Notes: generated from the letters alone by a model not told the origin. A stretch of 64,000 nucleotides of DNA from Eledone cirrhosa (GCA_964016885.1 OZ024742.1:244032001-244096000), one strand, 5' to 3'; shown: positions 1-12,925, numbered from the stretch's first letter. Translations and numbers: made by a program.

Positions 1-344
1 ATTAATTACTCTTTGTCACCTACACTACCACTTCTTCATTCTTATTTCTCTAAAGTACTCTTTTCTGTAGACTACACCCTCTGTGCTTTACTGATTCTAA
101 TCCTGATCCTGCACAGACTATATTCTCATGTCTACTAACATAAAAAGCAAGCATTCCACATGATCTGGAAACCATGCTTATTATATTGACCTATCTACTT
201 TCCACTTCATAACCCTCAGCCTGCTCATGTATTGACAAGAAAATAGTGCATACCTGCTGGAAACTTTCTTCATGTTTGTACACATACTCAACATGTACAT
301 TGTAGTGTGTGTATGTACACATGCCTTGTTTTAGAATATTACTA

Positions 345-415
345 CTCAGATTTTAATCAAGCAAAACATATGATCAAGTATGTTCCAGCTATGTTCCAGC
401 TGTGACTATCCCAAT

Positions 416-455
<40 letters not shown>

Positions 456-570
456 GACTACAATGTCCCATATATCTATATGATTTTAAGACAGTAAGAT
501 CTAACAAAGTGATATTTGACTGGTGTTTCTAGTAGGCTGAGTAACTTTGTAAAGGCATTCTTGAGGTTTC
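345..570. repeat. Unclassified dispersed repeat (related copies at about 27770-27945, 31160-31350 inverted, 19640-19710)
   Basis: Shared motifs agca.acctatgatcaaag..ttc...catg.c.atc and tttg.ctgct.tttctagca.gt. This copy is interrupted by (TA)n. Confidence 0.6.
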
Positions 571-631
571 ATAATTATTTCTTTTATCCTTATATTTTAT
601 TAGTTTCACTCAGTTGACATTAGTTATTTTG

Positions 632-1083
632 GGATACATCTCCGACTGCTGCCTGAATGCTGGTCGTTTTGCCCACCATATCAAGCTAAACCTGATCATC
701 AAAGAGGCCCTGGCTTGGGTAAATAAATATCCCCTCAGTTCTGGAGCCGGTTGGATAATCCAGAATTGATGGGAAGAAACCAATACCCTTTGTCTCTGGG
801 TATGAGGCAGATATCTTATCTGAGATGCCACAGTCAGTGACTTTTTTACTCCCTCCCACATCATGGATACTGCGGTAAAATGTGATGGTCACTACTTCCA
901 TTGCCGAATGGAATAAAATTTGGAAATACCTGAATTTATCTAATAACCATTTTTTGCAGTCTGTGGCATTCAAGATGTTTGATGGAATTGGGCAGCTGGC
1001 AGTGAAGTAATGCCCATGAGGGTGCCTGGTTGTTCCAGCGATTAGCCTCCACTATCACCCGTGGTAATGCTGCTAGCGTATTG
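632..1083 (+). mobile_element. Decayed 3' part of a CRE-like non-LTR retrotransposon (restriction-like endonuclease domain)
   Basis: Frameshifted + strand translation gives CCLNAGRFAHHIKLNLIIKEAL, IPSVLEPVG*SRIDGKKP, GRYLI*DATVSD, AEWNKIWKY and WLFQRLASTITRGNAASVL. This is the RH..LN / DG.RPD / WDAT / K..KY / QR....RGNA motif series of RLE-type LINEs. Confidence 0.75.
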
Positions 1084-1112
1084 GCCCCAGCACTTTGTCT
1101 GGTACTTGTTTA

Positions 1113-1374
1113 TTAACTCTTTTAACACCAAACTACCTAGAAAAACACTTGGTTTTACAACAGATTGTTTATTTTTAAATGTTTATATTTATCTAAAAAT
1201 CTTCAATCATAATTTTATGTAAGAACCTTTAAGTTAGGCTCCAAACACTAGTTTAATAATGAGAAAGTTAGTTATATTTCTAATTTTCTAAAAATTCTTG
1301 ATTACTTTCAAAATAATTTGAAAACCATAGGTAGTGTCTTTCATTATAAAAAAAAATGATAATAAAAGGGTTAA
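1113..1374. mobile_element. Non-autonomous TTAA-flanked (piggyBac-like) MITE
   Basis: Termini ttaa-ctcttt...aaaggg-ttaa. The internal sequence is shared with 20255-20511, 26337-26601, 3843-5245 and a partial copy at about 14560-14657. Confidence 0.65.
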
Positions 1375-1768
1375 ACCTTGTGATATGTGAAAAGCAAGCT
1401 GTTCATTTGGCTCAAAGGGAGTTAACACAGTCATCAAACTTGTTATATTGACCCTAGTGCTCGAGTGGTACATTATTTTATTAACCCTGGAAAGATGAAA
1501 AGCAATATGTATGTAGCTGTAGAAGACACTTGTAGTTGTCATGAGATAAACCTTGGGCTATGTGACTGTCAAAGGAACTTAACCTCACAGTTGTGAGTCA
1601 GATAAATTTAGAGGAGTGTAGGAATGAACTTCTCTTGCCACATGATTAATATCCTGCTCTGTCTGTAACAGGGTGCAGCATACAACTTTTATCTTTTTCC
1701 TTGTGGTTAATAAAGAATTCTACATCTTCCTCAAAAGATGTGTGATATTCCTGTTGTTAACCTGTTTT

Positions 1769-1823
<55 letters not shown>

Positions 1824-1849
1824 ACATCATCATCACCACCATCATCACC

Positions 1850-1883
<34 letters not shown>

Positions 1884-1884
1884 T
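1769..1884. repeat. (CAT)n/(CAC)n microsatellite
   Basis: Direct reading. Source of the spurious poly-His and poly-Ile ORFs. Confidence 0.97.
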
Positions 1885-1894
1885 GGTGGTAGTA

Positions 1895-2470
1895 GTGCAT
1901 TGGCAAAATTGTTAGGGCATCAGAGAAAATGCTTTATGGCATTTTTTCTGGATCGTCACATTTAGAGTTCAAATCTTAGCGAGGTCAAATTTGGCTTTTG
2001 TCCTTCTCGGGTCGCTAAAATAAAGTACCAGTAAAGTACTGTGGTTGATATAATTGACTCCTCCACACATTTCTAGTTTTGTACCTAAATTAGAAATCAT
2101 TATTGTTAGGGTGGCAGAATTGTTAGGGCATCAGAGAAAATGCTTTATGACATTTGTTGCTGCTCTTTACATTCAGATTTCAAATCCTACCATGGTCAAC
2201 TTTGCCATTTGTCCTATCCAGCGTCAATAAAATAAAGTACCACTCTCGCACTAGGGTCAATATAATCAATTTCCCCTTCTCCCAAATGCTGGCCCTGTGT
2301 CTAAATTAAAAGCCATTATTATGTAATGCTTGATATTTCTTTGACAGCTGAGATATGTTATCAAAGCTTTGACATATGCTCTGAAAAATGATGGAGTGAA
2401 CACTGTTAGATGGGCAAGGATAACTAACCCTCCCCTCACAAATTTCTGGCCTTGAACTTAAATTATATAT
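1895..2470 (+). mobile_element. Two to three tandem, decayed tRNA-derived SINE copies (family A)
   Basis: Repeated ggcagaattgttagggcatc...gagttcaaatc...gtcgataaaataaagtacca...cctaaattagaaa.cattatt. Confidence 0.8.
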
Positions 2471-3149
2471 AATTGTTCTTGTTGTTGATGTTAATTTTGA
2501 ACAACTTAGATGGTATATGAAACTTATGTATAGCCAAGATTTATAACTATGACTGCTAAGCAATCCTTTTTATTATATTGACTTAGATGTTAAGATAAAT
2601 GTGTATAAGAACAGCATGAAGGCTCATGGAGATGTTAACATATATTTAAAAGCATCTAAGAATTGAAAGCCTCTTCAGTTAATGATAGCAGTTAGAAATG
2701 AAGATCAATAGCCCATCAGGAACATTTAATGGTTGAAGAGATAAATTTTCTCTTTAGATATAACACAAATAGCAACAACAACAACAATAACAATAACAAT
2801 ACCAATGATTTCTCTATTAGTCACTGGGGTCACAAACATTAAAAACAATACAATTAACAAGGACAATAGGGAATTACATAAAACATAATGAAAAACAACA
2901 ACAAAAATAACAAATAAACGAACAGAATTCTCAAATAGAGGGAACCAGCACCCAGTGTCCATTAAAAAAAAATCCCAGATTCCAGATCACTGATCATCAA
3001 GAGCACCATAAGTATGTACCCCCTCAGCTACAGGCACATTTTTAGAATTGGCCTATTCTCTCAAGCCATCCTAGCTACAATCACCTACTGTTTAACATTA
3101 TACTGGGAAGGATGAATGAGGGACACTCCTCTCTCCATTCTCACCTTCC

Positions 3150-3700
3150 TTTCTGAGTGGAACTTAAAAATGTCAGTGAGGGTTTGGCAGAAGTGAAATG
3201 TGGCTGTCATCAGTTCTTTCATCACACAACCTATTTTGCTATAGCTATCAGATAGATCTGAGAGAGAAAATCTGTCTGATCTTACTGGCCAAAAGAAAGT
3301 GGCTGGGTGATCTTCACAATGGAGTCAGTTGATAACCAAATCCATCCTACACAATGACAGATGTTTGACAAAATTCCACAAATCAACAATGCACAGACAT
3401 TGGATGAGTGTGTGCAGAAGAATCGTTTTGTGTGCTTTGTGGAAAGGCTTGTCTGACATTCTGTACCTGTTAAGTTTGTCTCAAACTGGCAGTGTTCCCT
3501 GGTAGTACTACCAGGCCAGAGATTTCTGGCAGTTATAGTTCCCAGGTGAAAAGTCCTCTGGAACAGACTTGTCAGTTCATTGTGGTCATCACCTAAAGTT
3601 TCCCTGAGAACACCTTTACTCTCCATTAAACCTCTATAGAATACCAACATGGAATTTCCACTAACTACATTACCCAACGGATAGGTGAAAGTTGTGCTGT
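3150..3700 (-). mobile_element. Decayed L1/Tx1-like LINE, 3' (C-terminal) fragment
   Basis: The minus strand gives VGWIWLSTDSIVKITQPLSF...LTDIFKFHSER, homologous to SIVKIYLPPFFSKEG...LIDFFKHDLKRR at about 34975-35160 on the + strand. Confidence 0.55.
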
Positions 3701-3876
3701 TACAATTATTTCACCAGTAAGTACTCCTTATGGTTGAATTTAAAATATCAGATGGAAATTATTTAAAATATGATGGAAAAACAGGATTTAAGTAGAAATC
3801 AGCTTTTTTGTTTTTTTCTTCTTCTAATTTTTAGAAGCCATTTTACCCCTTTCCTGGCCATATTTCTAATGAAATA

Positions 3877-5084
3877 TTAGATTGTCTCACATGAAATGTC
3901 GTATTTGAAATGGAAAGAATAAAATTATTTTTAAGTGTTTAATTTATTCAAAATATGATCCTTGTTTACATATGACCTTCACTCAACGTTCCTCTAAGGC
4001 ATATATTCCATCTTCAAAGAATTTATCATCTTTTGCACTGATAAACTGTCCGGATGCTTTAATTACCTCTTCTCTATTTAAGAATGTTTTATTGCGTACA
4101 GAAAGCTCAAAATGCTTAAATAAGTGATAATCAGTAGGAGAGATATCAGGAGAATAGGGAGGATGTTGCAAAATTTCATAATTCAGGCTTTGCAACTTGT
4201 GGACCGTAGCTTGAGAGGTGTGAGGCCATGCATTATCGTGAAGCAAAATTGGGCCATCTCTATTCACTAGTCTGGGATGCTTTTTCAATTTTTCATGCAT
4301 ACAATCAATTTCCTGACAATATGATGTTGCTGTTACAGTATTGCCTTGTTGCAAAAATGAATAATGAATAATCCCCTTTGTAGACCACCATGCAGTGACC
4401 ATCAACTTCTTAGGGTGCAATGGTGGTTTCGGGTAGTGTTTCGGTGACTCTTCTGCATCTAACCACTGTCCAGTCCTTCTGCTGTTATCGAAGAGTATCC
4501 ATTTCTCATCACACGTAAAGAGTCGATGCAAAAATGGATCTCTTTCGAGCCGAGAAACCAACATTGAGCACACTGTAAGATGCCTGTTTCTTTGAATCTC
4601 ATTAAGTTGATGTGGAACAAACCTGTCCATCTTTTTGACTTTTCCAATTTTGTTTAGGTGTCGAGAAACAGTTGAGCGAGATGTCTGGAGCTCAGATGTT
4701 TAACCAAAGGATTCAATTCATCATGGCGAATTATTGATATGGGTCTCCCTCTCGATTCATTTTTAAGGCTCTCATTTCCTGAACGAAATCTTTGAAACCA
4801 TCTCTGGACAGTTCTGGTACCAACAGAATTGTTACCAAAAACTCGCTTGATGTTTCGTAGGGCTTCTGAGGCCGAGTGACCCTGCTTGTATTCATACAAG
4901 AAAACCACTCGGTATTGTTCAGTTGTCAACATTGTCATAGGATTGTGGGTAGCAATTTTGAATGGTAATATTGTCTGGAATAAAAGATAGTTAAGATTAA
5001 ACACAAGCATACACATAATCGAGCTTATAAATGGCTGATAAAGAAACTTATTAAAAATACGACATTTCATGTGAGACAACCTAA
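3877..5084 (-). mobile_element. Mariner DNA transposon (DD34D, cecropia/Hsmar1-like), inactivated
   Basis: 30-bp TIRs at 3877-3906 and 5055-5084 (1 mismatch), each flanked by TA (3875-76, 5085-86). Length 1208 bp. Confidence 0.96.
3944..4938 (-). pseudogene. Mariner transposase pseudogene
   Basis: Motifs HTH region, FVPHQL, TCDEKW, LHDNAWPH and YSPDISPTDYHLF, with 34 residues between the 2nd and 3rd Asp. There is a short deletion with frameshift near 4695-4700 and a premature TGA at 3983-3985 in place of the conserved W (ER*VKVICKQGSYFE). Confidence 0.93.
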
Positions 5085-6317
5085 TACATTTTATTTTAAT
5101 TTATTAATGAAGAATTTTGAGGGATTTACTAAAATTATTAATTATTTCATTACTAAGATAGTAAATTAAGATTTTAATTTGAAATGGATGGTTTTATTTC
5201 ATAGAACCAGAGTCTGTTTGGCTGAGTTGGTAACTAAAGGGTTGACATGTGCAATAGAGAAGATTCCATGTTAATTGTTCAAGCAAAAGTAATAAATTCT
5301 TTTTTATTGGAGATAACTAATAACTGAATACAACTATTGTTAAATACTGTTGTATTTCAATGGAGAAAATAAGATTTTTACAAGACAGATTTTGAGCTTT
5401 ATCACTGACATACAAATGGATAAATTTGTTGATTAGCACTCCTTCTCACAGATTATTTCATTAACATCTCATGTTACAACTATTTACAAAACATTTCTAA
5501 CAGTTTTCAGCTCTACCACTTATTCTACTTTTCTCTATTTATTTTATAATTTACCTCATTTCTGTCACCTCAATTCTATCTACTCCTCCCACATGTGACC
5601 TAAGAGATTTTCATGTATTTACAATGTATCTATTAAGGAAGCCTCCTATTCCTAATGTTTAGGAACTATAGTTACAACAGATTTCATGACATAAATGTAA
5701 ATTTTGATTTTCTGACGACATTTGCTCAGTAATAGTAATGTTTCCCCGGACAATTCAAAACTGAAAGGATTCCGCATTCCGTTATTTATGTCATTTAGAA
5801 AACAGTAAAGCGAGCTTCTAGAGCTTTCTTTGGTTTTATAAATTATGATCTTACATAATGTTTAATTTTACCTTGTGGACAATATTTAGGGTAGTGTGTC
5901 ACTCTCATTCATCTAGTATTGCTAACAGAATTTATAAAACCAATTGACAAATTAGTAAGTTACTATTTATCATCTTTAGTTCATCTTGCTGTATCCCCAT
6001 TCTGCCATCACTATAATAGTTTTTATTTCTTAAAATGTCTACAGCCTAAGCAACCCAGAAAGAAATACTCCACTGCATTCAAGATTTCTGATTATCATAA
6101 TTCTATCACTTTTCCAAGGATATACACCCCAAAATACACAGCTTCTCTTTAAAAGAACTATGTTGTTTTCAACTTTACTGCCAGTTTATGATTCCCTGAT
6201 TTTTACTATCACCATGGTCTTCAAAATAACACCAAATTCACCATACCATCTCACAAATTAAGGAATTAAAAAAAAAATGTTTTTTCCATTGATAACAAAA
6301 ACTTATAATTATGTGTA

Positions 6318-6572
6318 TGGATAATGATTGTTGAGTGAAGGAGTGCCAAGAAATCCTAGTGGAAGGAAGCTACAGTAGAGTGAGACCAAGGAAGACCTGG
6401 ACAGAGGTTGTCAGAGCTGATCTTAAATTACTGAATCTTACACAGGAGATGACAAAGGACCGAGTTGAATGGAGAGATGCTGTACTGGAAAAAAACCCAT
6501 CCAACTCATGCAAGCATGGAACAGCGGGCGTAAAACAGTGGGGGATGATGATGATGATGAGGATGATGATGA
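6318..6572 (+). mobile_element. RTE LINE 3' fragment with (GAT)n tail
   Basis: RPRKTWTEVVRADL...MTKDRVEWRDAVL, then catgcaagcatggaa and (GAT)n. Confidence 0.9.
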
Positions 6573-7822
6573 TTTTAAAGCTTTGATGTTTTTGCAGTTT
6601 AAAATTTATTTGCAAATAAATGTAATTATAAATTACGAATATAAAATTTATTTATGCTACTCCACAAAGAGAGTTTAAAATCAGTATTCCTGTCATTCAA
6701 AGGTTTATGAGAAACAAAAATAATGTAAATATAATTTTGAATCAAAAGTGATTTTTTTGTATTTTCAAGAATTTTATACAGAATGAGAGAGTATTATGTT
6801 TCTGGTTGATAATTTAAGGTTAAATTTAGAAACTTAAATTTCTTTGTAGTTTGCAATTAACCAATTTATTTTTAGATTATCAGCATTGTCATTTAGCTTC
6901 TCTTTTCTTCTCTCTCTTGATAGCAACAGCTAAATAGGTTTCTATCACCCCCTATCCAATTTAATTTCCATAGCTTTAGTTCTTTGAAATTATTGTTAAC
7001 AACACCAACATATATCTCAATCTCCACTTTTTCATATTATGATATCCTAAAATTTTCCTTTTTTGCTATGATTATTATTATTAATCATCATCATCATAAT
7101 CATGTTATGTCCATTTTTCCATGCTAGCATGGGTTAGATGGTTTGTTACAGTTGGAGACAAAATGGATTTAAGAGCCCCATCTTGCTTATATGTTCTATC
7201 TTTAGCATGGTTTCTACACCAACTTTACACTGAGTGCATGGCACCTACAAATCTATAACATTTTTGTCTGAGCTTTCTATCTACAATGTTGGTTTCATGT
7301 AGTGACACACACAACACAGTTTCATCATCATCTGGTTTAACGTCTTCTTTACTTGTCACAAGCATTGGATGACATAAAATATAATAGTAGAATACAATTC
7401 AATAAGTGAAGATATTCCTTTACTTGATCATATTTACTTGTACTTTTTTTCTAAATGAAACCCTCTTTTTTTAAAATTCCAAACATATCTTTTTGTTTTC
7501 TATGATAAGAATCAGATGATTTGCATTTTAAGTTTCATAGAGGTATCAGGACTGACTCAATTATTAAGCATTCCAGAACTAATAAGAAATGTCAATTTTA
7601 GATAAATTATTGAATGTTTAGTTATCCATATTTAATGGTAACACTGTATTTTAATATCACTTCTGTACTTTTCACTATAGGTATTCTTAATTACCCCGCT
7701 CTGTTTTTCATCTTGTCTGTTTAATGAAATTTATTATAAGAGAAATGAAAATACTTTCTTTTTATACATTTCAATATCAATCAATCTAATGATAAGCACC
7801 CTATAGTAAAATCCGAGTCTCT

Positions 7823-7823
<1 letters not shown>

Positions 7824-7874
<51 letters not shown>

Positions 7875-10420
7875 TGTCCCCTTTTCCCTGCTTGCAAGGG
7901 TGGGACAGGTCCTATTCAGCACAGCATCTCTCCACTTGTCACGGTCCTTCGTCATCTCCACCGTGAGCTTCAGCGATCTGAGGTCTGCTCTCACCACCTC
8001 CGTCCATGTTTTTCGTGGTCTACCTCTATCATGTCTTCCTTCAACTGGCATTTTCCTGCACTTCTTCACCCATCGGTCATCCTCCATGCGCATCACATGT
8101 CCATACCATCGCAGTCTCCTCTCATGCACACTACAATCTATCCCTCTCAGACACAGTTTCTCTCTCAACACATCACGCACATTAACATTGCACATCCAAT
8201 GGAGCATGTTTGCCTCATTTCTCTCCTGCCGTCGCATATCCTCTGTAGTTGCTGCCCATGTCTCATTATCATGCAGCATCGCGGTCCTCACACAGGCATC
8301 ATATAACCAGCCTTTCATACGCAGGGAGAAACCCTTCTTCGTCAACATAGGAAGCAGCTCCCTAAACTTCTACCAACCCGTCCTTATTCTAGATACTATG
8401 GCCTCGGAACACCCCCCTCCCATGCTAATCTGATCTCTTAGGTACCGGAAGCTATCAACCACTTCTATAGCGCCCTCCTGCATTTGAGAAATGTGTCTAT
8501 CAATGTGACTTCTACTGTCTAATTTCCCTGTACATCTACTGCATACGTATTTATCCCTACCTGTTAGTTTGCCTGCTATCCCACTACATCTTTTGTGTAC
8601 CCAAGATCTGCATTGTGTGCATTTTATAGAATTTATGCTGGTTCCTTTTCTGCATATTGAACACGGCCATTTCCCTGATGGAATCAGAGTTTTGTCCTCT
8701 TTTCTACTCATCAACACTTTTGTCTTAGCTAGGTTCACTCTCAGTTCTCTTGATTCCAACTGCTGTTTCCATAGCCAGAATTTATTCTCTAGCTCCTCTA
8801 GTGATTCTGCTATAAGAACCAGATCGTCAGCATGGAGAAGTTCCCATGGACAGCCAGTCTTAAAACTCCTCTGTTATGGCTTGGAGGACTATAATGAACA
8901 AGAGCGGGCTGAGGACCGAACCCTGATGTACTCCTACTTGTATCTGGAATTCCTCGCAAGCCATTCCTCAACACCTAGTTTCCTTAGGGACCACCGGATG
9001 ACAGATCGGGGTACCCTATCAAAGGCTTTCTCTAGGTCAACAAAAGCTAAGTATAGTGGCTTATTCTTCTCTAAGAACCTCTCTTGTAATTGCCTCACCA
9101 AGAAAAGGGCATCTGTTGTACTTTTCCCAGGCACAAAACCAAACTGCATCTCATCTAGTTTGACCCTTTCTCTAATTAGTTGTGCTAATATCCTTTCTGC
9201 CACTTTCATAATCTGATCCATCAGTTTTATACCCCTATAATTGCCCCTCTCCAGAGCATCCCCTTTACCTTTGTAGCAATTTATGAGAATACTGCTGCAC
9301 CAATCTTTGGGTATGACACTGCCATATATAGCCTGATTGATGATGCGTGCAACCAGTTTAGTGCCTACGTCCCCTGATGCCTTCAGCATCTCAGCAACTA
9401 TCCACAACGGTCCAGCGGCCTTAGCATTTTTCATTTCCTTAATTGCCTCTTGGACCCTATATTCATCAATCTCAATAGCTGGTCCTTCTGTCGGATCTAC
9501 TGAGGGTAATTTCTTTCTCTCCCATTCGTTCTCCACATTCATCAGTCTCTCATAATGACATTTCCAGGCCACCTTTTTCTGATCATTAGTGACACTAAGT
9601 ACACCGGTATCATTCCGGACACATTTATCTCCAACAACATCCTGCCTTGCAATGTGGAACACTGCACACCTCTGATCTTCCTGTCGCAGAACATTGGCAA
9701 ACCTCCTACTCTCAGCCTCCCTGCGTGTTAAGTACACCTGACGTCTAGCTTCTCTCTTAGCGGCTGTATATCCTTCTCTACTATCACTCTTTTTCCAAGC
9801 CTTCCATGCTAGTCTTTTGTCTCTAATGGCCCTATCTACTGTGCTGTTCCACCACCAGGTCACTCTCTGTCTGGTTGGAGCTTTGCTCCAGCCACAAGTT
9901 TCTTCAGTAGCCTGCAGTAAGTTATCACATAAGAAATTCCAGTTATCATCTATGTCATACGACTCTAAATCGTCTTCTTTTTCTTCCTACACATCTAAAT
10001 TTGTATTTTAGTGAAAAGTCTTTTAGCTTCCAGACCTTTCTTCTCCACACCTTCCTGTATGTCTCATTCCGTCTCTTACTTACTGAGATATCACTAACGA
10101 CTAACCCTATGCTGTGGGGGTACATTCTTCCCCAGGGAATGCCTTGGTATTTGACACCATCTGCCTGTGCGTGAAGAATATTTTTAAAGTGAGGAATGAC
10201 TGTGCACTGAGCCAATCTCACTCTCTGAGCGACAAAAAGAAGAAAAGATGAACCTCATCGATAACTACTGAGCCGCAGGTTTTATGTCAGAGTTAACCCA
10301 GTTTCCTGAGATGCCTTCTCCTAGAAGAATGCCCTGACAAGGGCTAGGGGTCCTTCACTCCCAGTGGTTTAACTGCGCGATTGGGTATCCAGTCCGACTA
10401 TTTCTATGTCTCCGTGCTAA
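7824..10420 (-). mobile_element. RTE-clade LINE (copy 1): 5' UTR to (GAT)n tail, endonuclease mostly deleted
   Basis: ORFs 8934-9863, 8370-8759 and 7821-8348 carry KGKGDALERGNYRGIKL, QFGFVPGKSTTDA, LAFVDLEKAFDRVPR, a PHD-like finger, RRLRWYGHVMRM and RGRPRKTW. The (CAT)n tail is at 7824-7873. A GC-richer 5' leader lies at about 10220-10420. Several frameshifts and deletions. Confidence 0.95.
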
Positions 10421-11751
10421 CACTGTTCTAATTTCATATTGTAACCATTTCACATCAGCAGCATTGGAAATGTCCTTGATAGGTGTGAATATCATATTAT
10501 CTCACTTTTCCTCTAGTGAGCTCCCAAGGCTTTGTGTTTATGTTAAAAAGAAGAAAAATAATTCAATAGTTTAACAATGAATAGTTAAACCAATTTCATT
10601 TCTATGTTAAAATTACTTGTCCCTCAAGCTTTGAAATCCATCCTTTTATTGAATTCATCATATCATTCTATGACATTATTACAATGATTCTTTTTATTTT
10701 TTTCCTCTTGACTTTTCATTGACTTTTTTTCCTTTATCATTGTATTGGAGTTATGCTACTGTTATTGGCTAGGAACTTCAATTCATTGTCAATGACAATT
10801 GACTTGACAATCAAGCAATGCTGACTCTCTAAGCTATAAAAAAAAATCAGTGATTGTTACTCATACATGAATAGGTAACAATTATAATTCACAATCCATT
10901 AATGTTTAATATTTTGCTATATTTATAATTTATTGATATATTGATATATCTAGCTTAGTGTAAATAAATAAATATAAAAAGGTCTAAAATATAATTATAT
11001 TTCATTCTGGGCATTTCTTAATATTTGCTTAATGAGGATAATTCATTGTTGGAATGACTATCTCAGTGAGCCTCCCTTGCTTTCTCCATTCTGTTTGCTG
11101 GTACCACATGGTGTCTATGCCTGGTATCCTCTTATACTGTCTGGGTTTGTATAATTCGGGTAGCAAAAGGTGGCTGGTATCTATGATATCCCCCCCCCTC
11201 CCCCACACACACTAACATATCAACAGTCTTTCTCAATTTACAGGGAAATAATTCAGCTATACTACACAAGACAATTGATAATGTATGATTGTAGAACATT
11301 AACTAGAAGTCCCATAAGTGAGTGGTTTAGGTTCAGGTATATTTACTTCTAGCACCAATGCAGCATTTTAAGATTTTCAGGCTTGCCTCAGGTTATCTTT
11401 GAGGAAATATGTTTGAGAAAATATGTGTGTCATCGTCATCATCATCATCATCATCATCATTATCATTATCATCATCATTGTCGCCACCATCACCACCACC
11501 ACCATCATCATTTAAAAAATCCATCCTCCCTGCTAGCAAGGGTTGGATGGGTCATCATAAGCCAAATCAGTACTGACTTGAGAGATGGGCTGGGGCCCAT
11601 GCATCTTGCTTAAATACGTTTTCATACTCTCCCCCTCTCTTTCTGCTTCAGGTGCATTTTCATAGCATCAGCACTAGGAAGATTATCATGTCTCTGACAC
11701 AACTAAAGATACTTCCCCCTCACATACACACACACTATCTTTTACATATAT

Positions 11752-11955
11752 CATCATCATCATCATCATCATTGTTCAATGTACATTTTCCATGCTAACA
11801 TGGGTTAGACAGGTTGTCCCGTTGTGAGACAAGTCAGGTCAAGTGACCCTGTCTTGCTTATACAGAACTGTTTCTGGCTTGGTTTCTGACTGGATGCCCT
11901 TCCTAATGACAACCACATTTACAGTGTGGGCTGGGTATTTTTTTTTTATTGTGGC
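11752..11955 (-). mobile_element. RTE-tailed SINE (family B). Related copies or tails at about 7085-7240, 11430-11560, 18395-18600, 28900-29058, 41098-41250, 47510-47740
   Basis: Minus-strand cacactgtaaatgtggtt..c.ttaggaagggcatccag...acccatg.tagcatggaaaatg.ac.tt.aac-(GAT)n, the same 3' terminus as the RTE LINEs. Confidence 0.8.
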
Positions 11956-12649
11956 CTCTGTATATGTGTGTGTACTCAGGGTGTGGGGGGACAAAGTTAC
12001 TTCTCAACTCGTTGAAGATAAATTTGTTGTAAGAGTTATTGATTAAATATAGTAGATATCTCAAAGAATCAATTTCTTCATCTACTTTTTTTTAATACTA
12101 TAGACCAGTTTTTTTTATCACACTACTATCAAATTCCACCCATTCTCTTGTTGGACTTCACAAAAGAATCATAATTGACTGAATTAACTGATTGAAAGAT
12201 TGACACTTTTATTTAGCAAAACACTTAAGTTCTCTCTAGCTCAGTCCTCCTATTTGTAAATAGATACCACAAATCTAGGAACAAGTACTTTATAACTAAC
12301 AATTGCAATGCTGAGTTCAATTAAGTTGCTCCAGTATTTTTCTATAAGACCTTAAACAACCTTTGTAAAAGTTGAGTTTTGATTCAATGAAATGATATTT
12401 TATTTGAACATCTCACGTTAGATTCATCGTATAGTCATATCTAGCGGTGGACATATGTTACTCCACTGTGAGGGATTCATCAATGATGATTTTAAAAATA
12501 ACTTTGACCTACGTTAAAAGAACATAGGTTCTAAACTCAAAAGAAAACCCAATTCTAAAACAACCTTTCATTATTCTATCACTGTAAAACTTACTACTTA
12601 TTTACTTGTTTCAATTAAAACAGTTCAAACAAAATGAAGCCCACTCACC

Positions 12650-12925
12650 AACTCACTGCTGGCTCATCCTTTCTACTGTAACTACAGTGGTTTCTGCTCC
12701 TCTGAGCTGACTGATCTTATGCCATCTGACTCATATATCTTTCTTTCTCTCATTACCATATTGTATGTACCCTTCCCTTCTCCAGATCTCACACTGAACC
12801 ACTATTTATTTCTCCCCAGAACATTGATTCTTTGGAATACTCTCTCTGTTCATGTTTTTCCCCTGCAGCTTTTAAAGAAGAACTATAACCATGTTAATCT
12901 TACTAGTCTTGAAAGGTCTTGAATG
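12650..12925 (+). mobile_element. Decayed CR1/L2-group LINE 3' end
   Basis: Gives FYCNYSGFCSSELTDLMP...FLPRTLILWNTLSVHVFP..LQLLKK, resembling the FFPRT..LWNSLP...FP....FK terminus of these LINEs. Confidence 0.55.

Larger units (their letters stand above)
3843..5245. mobile_element. TTAA-family MITE split by the mariner insertion
   Basis: Left flank cccctttcctggccatatttctaatgaaa(TA) and right flank ...aatgaagaattt..ggatttactaaaattat...catagaacc...aaagggttga join into the MITE seen intact at 26337-26601. Confidence 0.7.

Noticed and set aside
1673-1965. Poly-His, poly-Ile, poly-Val, (HT)n, (YI)n and (CV)n ORFs across the window
   Set aside because: Translations of microsatellites.
3983-4630. 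Host SETMAR gene
   Set aside because: No SET domain. Flanked by TIRs and TA and carries inactivating lesions, so it is a plain mariner.
7900-9216. Long + strand ORFs over RTE copies (also 60397-61053 and 46460-46960 on -)
   Set aside because: Antisense shadows of RTE coding sequence with no recognisable motifs.
10230-10430. HDV-like ribozyme in the RTE 5' UTR
   Set aside because: Known in some RTEs, but I could not build the nested double pseudoknot by eye. A descriptor search would be needed.
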